A stretch of 37,484 nt of DNA from a virus (taxonomy: Duplodnaviria; Caudoviricetes). Below the pieces are notes generated by a model, which worked only from the letters and a program-made list of their open reading frames with translations, did no database searches and had not been told where the DNA came from. Of this stretch, positions 8,215 to 15,865 are shown piece by piece; positions within the stretch are counted from its first letter, which is position 1; each line of letters opens with the position of its first letter. A program made the translations under genes and the position numbers. The stretch is from IMG/VR virus record IMGVR_UViG_3300044840_000113, positions 1-37,484 of that record. One strand, 5' to 3'.

Positions 8215-8966
8215 TCGTCCTCGCCCTCCTCGTTAGACAGGCCGCCCTCAGCTTGCGCCTTGTCCGGCGGCAATGACAGGGCCGTCAGTTTGTGTATGGC
8301 ACTTTGCCGGTGCACGATGAAATCGAGGAGTTCGGTCGCGAGCGCCGATGAGTAGAGGCCGCGGCGGGCACCTTCGACTGTGATCCTTCGGAGAGCAGAC
8401 CGCGGGACGTTCCGGACCCGTTGGCCCCATGCGTGTAGCCGCTCGGCATCCAGGGGGCAGTTCCGAAAGATGTGCCGATCAACCGGTGCGTCTTTGCACT
8501 GGTCCAGGGCGCCTGGGATGCCAGTCCTACGAAGGCCGAGTGCTTGATCGTGGTCGATAACCCACAGTCCGAGTTTCCGGTGTGAGATGACGTTGTGTTC
8601 GTGTCGGTCCACGTTGAGTATCCAGACGTCGAAGACCAGGACACCTGCCGCTAGATCTGGTTCACGAACAGCGAGAACGGCGGGGTCTTCAGGGGCCGGC
8701 GTCTCGTTGTCGATCCCCACGACGGCCGTGACCCACTGCACCTGCTCGGTGTAGTCACGCCCCAGTTCGCCGGGTGGCACCGGGAGTCCGATGGTGGCGG
8801 CGAGCCGGGCGCAGACGAACTCGTTGGCCACCAGCCAGGGATGGTCTTTCGTGTTGGGTTTGATGTAGACCCGCGCGGTGCCCCAGCAACCCTTGTTGGC
8901 TCCCTCTGTTCCAGGGGCGCCGTATGTCGTGACCGTGATCCCGGGGACGAGGCGTGGTCGGCGCAC
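8211..8966 (-). CDS. HipA-like (HipA_2 / PI3-4K superfamily) Ser/Thr kinase
   Basis: YIKP...ANEFVCARLA..IGLPVP (K/E pair), FDVWILNVDRHEHN (catalytic loop) and VIDH (Mg-binding). Confidence 0.88.
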   Translation of the reverse strand: MRRPRLVPGITVTTYGAPGTEGANKGCWGTARVYIKPNTKDHPWLVANEFVCARLAATIGLPVPPGELGRDYTEQVQWVTAVVGIDNETPAPEDPAVLAVREPDLAAGVLVFDVWILNVDRHEHNVISHRKLGLWVIDHDQALGLRRTGIPGALDQCKDAPVDRHIFRNCPLDAERLHAWGQRVRNVPRSALRRITVEGARRGLYSSALATELLDFIVHRQSAIHKLTALSLPPDKAQAEGGLSNEEGEDE

Positions 8967-9125
8967 GGGCTCCCCTTCGTTGGGCTGTGTTGATCGTCGC
9001 CCGACAGAACATCACAGGGCCGATCCCGCCTCACTTCATCGCTACCGAACTCACCCGATCGGGCTATAGCCTCATCCCCACGGTGAGGCGTCGACCTATC
9101 GGTCGGCCAGCGCATCACAGTCCGA

Positions 9126-9968
9126 TCAGCCGCCAGCCGACCTCACGTCAGCGGCGATCCGGGCCAGAAGAGCACGGGCCCGGTCTCCTTCGAGCGCGAC
9201 TGACCACAGTCGGTCGGTGATCAACCGATACAGCGCGACGTCTTCCGGGTCGGTGACCGGCACGTCGGTGTGGTTGACCTCGACGACGACCTCGTTGTCC
9301 AGCATCAGGTGGCCGTGCAGCGCCACCACCGGCAGCCGCTCGTCCAGCGGGATCACGCCGAGGCGCACGGTCGGCAGGCCGGTCAGGTTGGCGATGCGGT
9401 CGAGCTGGCCGACCATGACGGACCGTGCCGCGATCGGGTAGCGCAGCGCAGACTCGCCGACCAGGATCTCCACGGTCTTGGCCGGGTCGTACAGCACCTC
9501 CTGCCGGCGCATCCGCGCCAGCACCGCGGCGTCCAGGTCCGGCGGCGAGCTGTGCATCTCGGCCGCCACCGCGAACAGCGCGCGGGCGTACTCGGCGGTC
9601 TGGACCAAGCCTGGTACGACGAAGAACTCGACTTGGACCAGGTGTGTGGCCGTCCGTTCCCGATCGCCGAGTTCCACCTGGGCAGGCGTATGTCCGGACC
9701 GCAGCCGACGGCGCCAACTGGCACGGGCCAACCGCAGATCCCGCAACCGGTCGCGCATCTCAGCCAGCGTCGCGTCCGGCGCCTGGATGGCCTCCAACCA
9801 GGCGATGACGTCCTCGTCGTCCGGCAGCGTGCGACCGGACTCGATCCGGCTCACCTTCGAGGGCTGCCAGCCGAGCGCGGTCGCGAACTGCTTCCCGGTC
9901 TCGTAACCGGCCCGGATGCGCAGCCGGCGCAGAGCGTCGCCGAACGCCAGCTGCTGCTTCTCGATCAC
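9126..9968 (-). CDS. XRE HTH + DUF5753 transcriptional regulator
   Basis: LRRLRIRAG...WQPSKVSRIESG HTH; VPGLVQTAEYARA, RMRRQEVL and ESALR DUF5753 motifs; GTG start at 9968. Confidence 0.92.
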   Translation of the reverse strand: MIEKQQLAFGDALRRLRIRAGYETGKQFATALGWQPSKVSRIESGRTLPDDEDVIAWLEAIQAPDATLAEMRDRLRDLRLARASWRRRLRSGHTPAQVELGDRERTATHLVQVEFFVVPGLVQTAEYARALFAVAAEMHSSPPDLDAAVLARMRRQEVLYDPAKTVEILVGESALRYPIAARSVMVGQLDRIANLTGLPTVRLGVIPLDERLPVVALHGHLMLDNEVVVEVNHTDVPVTDPEDVALYRLITDRLWSVALEGDRARALLARIAADVRSAGG

Positions 9969-9979
9969 GCGCCCCGGTC

Positions 9980-10492
9980 CTACGTCAGGTGGAGTTCCCG
10001 ATGTTGGACGGCATGGTGCCACACCAGGTCGCGCCACCGGCGATGCTGCGCCACCACGTCCGGCTGCGTCGTCACCTTGACGTCGACCAGGGTGTATTCG
10101 GCGTCGAACCGCATGATCGCGACGCGTTCGTCGTCCACCAGGTAGTAGTCGTACTCGGGCAGCCCAAGGTCACGGGCCACGGACTCATGGACCCAGCGGA
10201 TGTCCTCGCCAGCGTCGATGTTGGCGTCGGTGGTGGTCATCAGCCAGATCAGGTACTCGGTGGCCGGTTCGGTGATCATGCGTACGCGCTGGAACGGGAT
10301 GGCGCGCCGACGCAGGCCGCGGATGTAGTCGTGCCAGGCGATCGTCTCGGTGTCCAGCTCGGACGGCAGGCCAGCGCGCCAGCGGGCCAGCTCTGCCTCG
10401 TCCACCTCGTAATGGCCCTGGCACTCCCAGCGCCACACGCTGCGGGTGACGCTGGCGAACAGGGCGGAGAGCTGGTCGACGGGAAGGGTCAC
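9980..10492 (-). CDS. DUF6879-family protein
   Basis: SVWRWECQGHY, RVRMITEPATEY, NIDAGEDIRW and DYYLVDDERVAIMRF motifs; canonical position upstream of an XRE-DUF5753 gene. Confidence 0.85.
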   Translation of the reverse strand: MTLPVDQLSALFASVTRSVWRWECQGHYEVDEAELARWRAGLPSELDTETIAWHDYIRGLRRRAIPFQRVRMITEPATEYLIWLMTTTDANIDAGEDIRWVHESVARDLGLPEYDYYLVDDERVAIMRFDAEYTLVDVKVTTQPDVVAQHRRWRDLVWHHAVQHRELHLT

Positions 10493-10698
10493 GCCGTGTT
10501 GCCGGGCAGGTACGCCAGCAGGCCGGCAGGGATCTCGACGGCGGTCTCATGGTCCGGCAACCCGCGCTGACGCAGCTCGGCGAGCGCCTCGGGATCGGTG
10601 ACGATCGAGCCCTGCACCACGTAGGTGCCGCGGTCGGTGGCGAACGCGGTCGGGCAGCCGCCGTTCTTGCTGGTCGTGCCGAGGAAAGTCAGCTTCAT
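10489..10698 (-). CDS. Small conserved actinobacterial protein of the XRE/DUF6879 cassette
   Basis: GGAGG RBS; MKLTFLGTTSKNGGCPTAFATDRGTYVVQG...ETAVEIP; GTGA overlap with the DUF6879 gene. Confidence 0.85.
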   Translation of the reverse strand: MKLTFLGTTSKNGGCPTAFATDRGTYVVQGSIVTDPEALAELRQRGLPDHETAVEIPAGLLAYLPGNTA

Positions 10699-11015
10699 GT
10701 CATCCTCCAGTGGAGTCGGGTTGCTGTCACAGAATCGGTGCAATCCGTAGCGCTGGTCAACGGTGCTAGCTCGTCCAAACGAGTGAACCAGCTCCATGAT
10801 TCTATAGATTGCACAAATATCATGACTATCCTGCCTGGGTTGAGACGCTGACGGACAGGGGGCGGAAGTGGTCGCGTATGCGCCCGACGTCCAGTCGGCG
10901 ACACCGTGCCCGGCACCGGCGAGCGTCCAGCCGCCGGGCAAGTTCGTCGCCGACACCGAGACCGCCGATGACGCCGCGTCATGCCAAGACCAACGACCGA
11001 TCGGAAGCGTGACCC

Positions 11016-11339
11016 ATGGTGGAAGAGCCAGACCGGCCCGCCTACGGCAACGGCGACGGTGCGCAAGTGAACGCGCTGGACGTCATCGCGGAGGCCAAGG
11101 AACTGGACAGGGCCCTGCTGGCCTGGCGGCAGTGGCGTGGCCAGCCGACCCCGACGATCAGACACGCGGGCAACGACGCCCTCGAGGCGATCGACATCCT
11201 GCTGGGCTACCTGATTGGGATCCGCACGGGCGTGGTGCGCGAGATCCAGGAGGTAGAGGCCGCGAATGCCAGGCGCATGGAGCAGGTCATCCTGCGCACG
11301 CTGGCGGCTGGCCAGGCGGCCATGGCGGCACGAGCGTGA
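11016..11339 (+). CDS. Hypothetical helical protein
   Basis: ORF with high GC3, coupled to the next gene by GTGA. Confidence 0.65.
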   Translation: MVEEPDRPAYGNGDGAQVNALDVIAEAKELDRALLAWRQWRGQPTPTIRHAGNDALEAIDILLGYLIGIRTGVVREIQEVEAANARRMEQVILRTLAAGQAAMAARA

Positions 11340-11926
11340 GCGCTACGGCCGAGCCCATCGCCCCGCCGCACCCGTGGATGCCCGCGCTCTGGGACTTGGA
11401 CCCGCAAGGACTGTCGATCAGACACCGGCCGGACCGCACGCACGTCGAGGAACGCCCGATGACCACCCGCCTGTTGGTTCCGGCCACGCCCGCCACCACC
11501 GAGTTGATCCAGGACGCTCTGCGCGCCCTGGCCGTGTACGTCGTGCCCGTCGGTGTGGTGACCGTGGGGCTGGTGGCTGCCTTCGTGTGGTCTGGGCACC
11601 TGGTCGCAGCCTGGCTGACGGTCGTGGTCGTCTTCCTCGTCGGCGTGGCCGTCGCCCGGACCGCCGTCAGTCCGGCGCCCCCGGCACGGCATGGCCGGCG
11701 CCGCTCGCCGACGGTGCGCCGCGTCAACCGACGGGCCGCGATCGTCCTGCCGGTCGCGGCGGTCGCGCTGGCCACGCTGATGGCCGGGATCGCCGTTCGA
11801 CCCGTGCTGGCCGGCCTGCTCGGCATCGCAGTCCTGCTGTTCCTGGTACCTGGCCTGGGCGCCCTCGCCGGCTACGAGATGCTCCGCGCACGGCGGTCCG
11901 CGCTCGCCCGCGGGACGCAAGCATGA
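11336..11926 (+). CDS. Membrane protein (about 4 TM helices)
   Basis: Two pairs of hydrophobic segments separated by an Arg-rich loop. Start is GTG 11336 or a later ATG. Confidence 0.7.
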   Translation: MSATAEPIAPPHPWMPALWDLDPQGLSIRHRPDRTHVEERPMTTRLLVPATPATTELIQDALRALAVYVVPVGVVTVGLVAAFVWSGHLVAAWLTVVVVFLVGVAVARTAVSPAPPARHGRRRSPTVRRVNRRAAIVLPVAAVALATLMAGIAVRPVLAGLLGIAVLLFLVPGLGALAGYEMLRARRSALARGTQA

Positions 11927-12234
11927 CCCGCACCGCGACGAGGGTCGCGGTGAGTATCTGCGGTGCCGTGGCCGTGGCGATCGGCTTGACGTTCGTCATG
12001 AGCGCTGACCACCCGAGTCCGCGCCCTACGCCCTGGACCGATGCCCGGGTGGCCGCAGCACTCACCCAGGCCAGCCTGGGCGACGTCGTCCGTCCGGCCG
12101 ACATCGCGGGCATCCTGGCCCGCGACTGCCCCTACCTCCCTGACCCGGCCGGGTTGGTGCAGCACCAGCACGCTGGCACGGAAGCCGAGGCAAACGCGGT
12201 GATGTCAGTGCTCGCGCAGTCCGGGCGGTGTTGA
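11923..12234 (+). CDS. Secreted or membrane-anchored small protein
   Basis: ATGA overlap; N-terminal hydrophobic segment VAVSICGAVAVAIGLTFVM; two Cys in the soluble part. Confidence 0.65.
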   Translation: MTRTATRVAVSICGAVAVAIGLTFVMSADHPSPRPTPWTDARVAAALTQASLGDVVRPADIAGILARDCPYLPDPAGLVQHQHAGTEAEANAVMSVLAQSGRC

Positions 12235-12641
12235 TCGTGATGGCTGCCGTGCCCGACCCCCAACTCGACGAGGACGAACTCGTCCAGCGGATCGCGCCGG
12301 CCGCCGCCGACGCGCGGGCCCTGGCCGGGAAGTGGCACGGGTACGCCGCGAACGGCCGCTCCCGCACGGCTCTGGCTATGCGGCAGGGCAAGGAGTTCGA
12401 CGCCAGGCTGCATGAGGCGCGCGCCAGTGTGCGCGATGCGGCGGCCGCCCTGCTGCTGTCGCAGTCACCGGCCGACGCGGCCGCGCTGATGATGCGGAAC
12501 GCTGCCTTCCACCACATCAAGCACCCGCCGTTGGTCGGGTATGACGCGGCCGCTGTGCAGTACACGCTGGCCAGGACGTGGCAGGCGTGCGCGTGGGGTG
12601 TGGATCCGTCGTTGCCCGAGGTGCAGCCAGAGTGGCTGTGA
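12228..12641 (+). CDS. Hypothetical protein (start uncertain, 12228-12240)
   Basis: High-GC3 ORF ending just before the bidirectional terminator region. Confidence 0.65.
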   Translation: MLIVMAAVPDPQLDEDELVQRIAPAAADARALAGKWHGYAANGRSRTALAMRQGKEFDARLHEARASVRDAAAALLLSQSPADAAALMMRNAAFHHIKHPPLVGYDAAAVQYTLARTWQACAWGVDPSLPEVQPEWL

Positions 12642-12819
12642 TCCAGGTTCCGGGACCGACTGGTGCCGTGCTGCTCGTCCGACCGTAGCCATCCCAGTCG
12701 TGCAACCAATGGCGGACGGTCGTAGCTGTCCGCGGGGCGGCAAATGCTACCTGTCCGAATGCAGTAGTTCATACTGTTACGACCGTGATGCGTGAGTGGT
12801 GATGTAGCCGCAGGCGCAC

Positions 12820-12871
12820 GAAAACGGCCCCCGCATCCCACCGAGAGATGGTGGGTGCGGGGGCCGTTTTC
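12820..12871. terminator. Bidirectional intrinsic terminator
   Basis: GAAAACGGCCCCCGCA...TGCGGGGGCCGTTTTC stem with A/T tails on both sides, lying between convergent operons. Confidence 0.88.
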
Positions 12872-12880
12872 CGTCGACGG

Positions 12881-13147
12881 TCAGGACATCGGGGGCGCCT
12901 GCGTCGGGGCCTGGACGGTGCTGGGCTGCGCGGCCGGCTGCGCACCGTGGAACAGGTCGTGCAGGCTCCTCTTCAGTGCCTCGATGCTGTCGTGGATGAC
13001 CTTCTTGGCGTCGTCCAGGACGGTGCCGAGGCCGATGTGCTCGACTGCGGCCACGACTTCCAGGGCGCCTGTCTTGGCGGCGTCCAGGACCTCGTGCACG
13101 TCGGCCACCACGGTCTGCGCGGTGGGCTCGGGGGTGGGAGTGCTCAC
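12881..13147 (-). CDS. Hypothetical protein, last gene of the lysis cassette
   Basis: GTGA overlap with the holin, GGAGG upstream; amphipathic helical sequence. Confidence 0.7.
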   Translation of the reverse strand: MSTPTPEPTAQTVVADVHEVLDAAKTGALEVVAAVEHIGLGTVLDDAKKVIHDSIEALKRSLHDLFHGAQPAAQPSTVQAPTQAPPMS

Positions 13148-13383
13148 GGTGCGGTACCTCCGGTAGTGGTGGTTGTGGTGCCGGTCGGCACCGGGGCGAC
13201 GGGGGATGGCTTCGGCGCGTTCGCTGGGGCCCACGCGGTCACGGCGCCGGCCAGGATCGTGCAGATCGCACCGGCGAGGGCCGCGTCGACGTGCACACCA
13301 GCCAGGCCGAGGACGAACACCACGGCGGCCGGGGTGGCGGCGCCGACCAGCGCGGCGAACGCCTTGCGGTAGCGGGCGATCAC
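13144..13383 (-). CDS. Putative holin (2 TM)
   Basis: RYRKAFAALVGAA...GAVTAWAPAN, two hydrophobic helices, immediately downstream of the lysin. Confidence 0.8.
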   Translation of the reverse strand: MIARYRKAFAALVGAATPAAVVFVLGLAGVHVDAALAGAICTILAGAVTAWAPANAPKPSPVAPVPTGTTTTTTGGTAP

Positions 13384-14303
13384 GGGGTACCTCCTGCGGT
13401 CCGGACGATGTTGACGGTGTAGCCCGGCAGCGCCTTGATGATCGCCGCTTCGATCGCCTGCACCTGCGCGTCGGTCGGCGGCTGGCCGGCCGGCACCGCG
13501 GCGATCGCCGAGGCGAGCTTCACCACGCCAGCCTTGACGTCAGAGTCGACGCCCTGCACCGCGGCGAGGATCGCGGCGTCCGTAGTCGGCAGGTTGAGCG
13601 TCCGCACCCACGGGCCCTGAATGAACTGGAGGGCCGTGTAGGTCTTGTGTGACCGCTCGTCGCCGGGATCGGTGATCGCCGGGTCGTAGATCGGGTTCGG
13701 GAGCGGATCGGACCAGTCCATGGTTCCTCCAGGTAGTGGTACGAGAATCCAGTCGCGGTCGTCGACTGAGCCGCCGATGGTTATCACTCCGGTGTTGTCC
13801 TGCCACACGTTGGTGTAGGGCGGCATCGCCGACCTGGCCCCGGCGCCCCAGTACCAGTCGGCTACTCCTGCGTTGTGGCAGGCGATCAGAACTTCACTGA
13901 AGCCGTAGATGCCGACCGGGCCGAGCCAGCCGTTGGCCTTCAGCGCGTGGTAGAAGCCGCTTTGGTAGGCCACGGCAAGCGGGAGACTGGCCGCAGCGAC
14001 GTGCTCGTCCACTGTGGCCACTGCCGGGTCGTGAATGTCGACGCCCTTCGCTCGGGCGTCGGCCAGGAACGCCGCCGCGTGTGCCGCTCCACCGGACGCG
14101 CCGCCTGCGATGTCGTTGGCGAGGTTCTCGTAGACGAGGATGCGGACGATGCCGTTGGCGCGATAGTCCGCGTACTGGGCTGCCGTGAAGTCCTTGCCCA
14201 GTGAGTCGCCGGGCGTGCCGCAGTACATCAGGCAGCCGCTACAGCCAGCCGCGCGGACCTGCGCGGAGGTCGGGTGGTTGATGCCGTCGAAGAACTCCAT
14301 CAT
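13380..14303 (-). CDS. Endolysin, glycoside hydrolase (DUF1906/Rv2525c-like, GH25-like fold)
   Basis: AAG.SG..MY, ILVYE, ATVD, VGIYG and terminal VDDRD motifs; located in the lysis cassette. Start 14303 or 14300. Confidence 0.85.
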   Translation of the reverse strand: MMEFFDGINHPTSAQVRAAGCSGCLMYCGTPGDSLGKDFTAAQYADYRANGIVRILVYENLANDIAGGASGGAAHAAAFLADARAKGVDIHDPAVATVDEHVAAASLPLAVAYQSGFYHALKANGWLGPVGIYGFSEVLIACHNAGVADWYWGAGARSAMPPYTNVWQDNTGVITIGGSVDDRDWILVPLPGGTMDWSDPLPNPIYDPAITDPGDERSHKTYTALQFIQGPWVRTLNLPTTDAAILAAVQGVDSDVKAGVVKLASAIAAVPAGQPPTDAQVQAIEAAIIKALPGYTVNIVRTAGGTP

Positions 14304-14524
14304 CGCCGCATCCCCATCAACCGGTGCTCCCTGCGCTTGTGCCGCAGCACCTTGCGCTTCGCGAACCAGGCAGCGACGACGGACTTCAGGCCGATCCGGA
14401 TCGCCACGTTCCCGTTCCACAGCTCGACTTCCGTGCCAGCCCTGATCGAGTAGCCGCCCTGCTCAATCTCAACGAACGTCAGGTCCGGCGAGCCCTTGGT
14501 GCGGCGGAACACGATGTCCATCAC
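14300..14524 (-). CDS. Hypothetical protein
   Basis: 74-aa ORF filling the gap, coupled to the lysin start. Confidence 0.55.
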   Translation of the reverse strand: MMDIVFRRTKGSPDLTFVEIEQGGYSIRAGTEVELWNGNVAIRIGLKSVVAAWFAKRKVLRHKRREHRLMGMRR

Positions 14525-14567
14525 CCGTCACCGAGCCTTGCGGCCGAGTTTGCCGGCGGTGGCGCTG

Positions 14568-14939
14568 TCATGGTGCTCCCTCAGTTTCTTTGTCTTCCAC
14601 ATCGGACGATGCACGGCCGTGCCGTGTGCGCTGACCGCGACCACGCCACAACTGGCGCTCACGCACGAACGCCACGGCTATACCAACTTCCATCACGGCC
14701 ACCACTGCGAACAGGCAGAGCCGCACCAGCGGGATGACAGGCCAGCCGAGCAGCCGTTGCAGCACCCCATACCCCAGGATCAACACCAACCCTGCGCCTT
14801 GGCCGACGAGTGCCATCCCGACACGCGACAGCCCGTTCTTACCGACATACCAACGGTTACCGGACGTGTACGCCCACAGGAACACGACCGCCGCTACGAC
14901 CGCGATCACCAGCAGCATGGTCTGGGCCACCTGGATCAC
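14568..14939 (-). CDS. Putative holin-like membrane protein (3 TM)
   Basis: Three hydrophobic helices and a basic C-terminus; located in the lysis cassette. Confidence 0.72.
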   Translation of the reverse strand: MIQVAQTMLLVIAVVAAVVFLWAYTSGNRWYVGKNGLSRVGMALVGQGAGLVLILGYGVLQRLLGWPVIPLVRLCLFAVVAVMEVGIAVAFVRERQLWRGRGQRTRHGRASSDVEDKETEGAP

Positions 14940-14940
14940 A

Positions 14941-15123
14941 TCAACGCACCACCCTGAATCCTTGTGTAACAGTTTCCTCGAAGTGGTTCACACCAGCGTG
15001 CGCCCGCAAAGTCCTGAACTGGGGCTCCAGCTTTGCCTGTTCCGCCTTGACAGCAGCCAACCGCTTCGCCGACCCAGACAGTGCTTCCTCTACATCCCGT
15101 GCCTTCCGCCATGGCCACCGCAT
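14941..15123 (-). CDS. Small lysis-region protein (MRWPW...NHF type)
   Basis: TGATG overlap; MRWPWRK...NHFEE pattern is typical of actinophage lysis cassettes. Confidence 0.7.
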   Translation of the reverse strand: MRWPWRKARDVEEALSGSAKRLAAVKAEQAKLEPQFRTLRAHAGVNHFEETVTQGFRVVR

Positions 15124-15359
15124 CACTTGCCTCCTGGACGCAACGCGATCGATGTCAGCGCCCCAGCGACTTTGTTGGCGATATCCGTGGCCAGTGCGGC
15201 GTCCGCTACGATCTTGTCCTGCCGGTCGGCGCGCTCCTTCTCCCGTTCGTAGGATGTTTTCCATCCGCGCGCCTCCTCCTTCGCCTTCCACAACGCACCG
15301 GTCAGGGTGCCAAGGCCAGCCAGCAGCACCCCGATGACGGTCAAGTACAGCGCAACCAT
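15123..15359 (-). CDS. Membrane protein (N-terminal TM + coiled coil)
   Basis: GGAGG RBS; TM helix followed by WK..YERE coiled coil. Confidence 0.75.
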   Translation of the reverse strand: MVALYLTVIGVLLAGLGTLTGALWKAKEEARGWKTSYEREKERADRQDKIVADAALATDIANKVAGALTSIALRPGGK

Positions 15360-15378
15360 CCGACCTCCCTGCTATCAC

Positions 15379-15864
15379 TCAGACCGTCGTGACGACGCTG
15401 CTGGATCCCTGGCGGGTTACGGTGATAAAGCAATCGCCGAGGATGCTGTTGGTCAGCGTGTTGGGTGCCGAGTTGCTGGTGAGCCGCGCGATGGTGCCGA
15501 CGAATGTGGTGACCTCCGGCGCTGTCGTGATGTACAGAAAGGTCAGCACGCTGCCTTCGGGGTCGGATGCTGTCGAGGCGGCCGAGATCACGTGCACGGC
15601 CAGTTGTGTTCCGGCGACAGAGGTTTTGCGGATTCGTTGGCCCCAGCGTTCGACGATGCCTGAGTTGGTCGAGCCGTTGTAGGAGTACTCGATCGCGTAG
15701 AGCGAGCTGGCGTCCAGCGACAGCGCGCCCGTCGAGACGACCTGTAGTTCGGTGGTGCCGCTCGTCGGCGTCGCGGTCGATCTGGATTGGCCGCCGACGA
15801 TGACGCTGACCGAGTTGTTGAGTGCGGACGCCGTTACCCTTTGGCCCGCCGCGAAGGTTGCCAT
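15379..15864 (-). CDS. Minor tail / tail-tip protein
   Basis: FAAGQRVTASALN N-terminus is typical of actinophage tail fibre proteins; S/T-rich beta content. Confidence 0.75.
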   Translation of the reverse strand: MATFAAGQRVTASALNNSVSVIVGGQSRSTATPTSGTTELQVVSTGALSLDASSLYAIEYSYNGSTNSGIVERWGQRIRKTSVAGTQLAVHVISAASTASDPEGSVLTFLYITTAPEVTTFVGTIARLTSNSAPNTLTNSILGDCFITVTRQGSSSVVTTV

Positions 15865-15865
15865 G

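Noticed and set aside
10868-11012. Possible small frameshifted gene at the head of the plus-strand cargo operon
   Set aside because: Codon bias appears to switch frame near 10975, but there is no recognisable product; left uncalled.
12709-12795. 28-aa Cys-rich peptide MADGRSCPRGGKCYLSECSSSYCYDRDA
   Set aside because: No RBS, no modification enzymes nearby and atypical codon usage; it cannot be supported.
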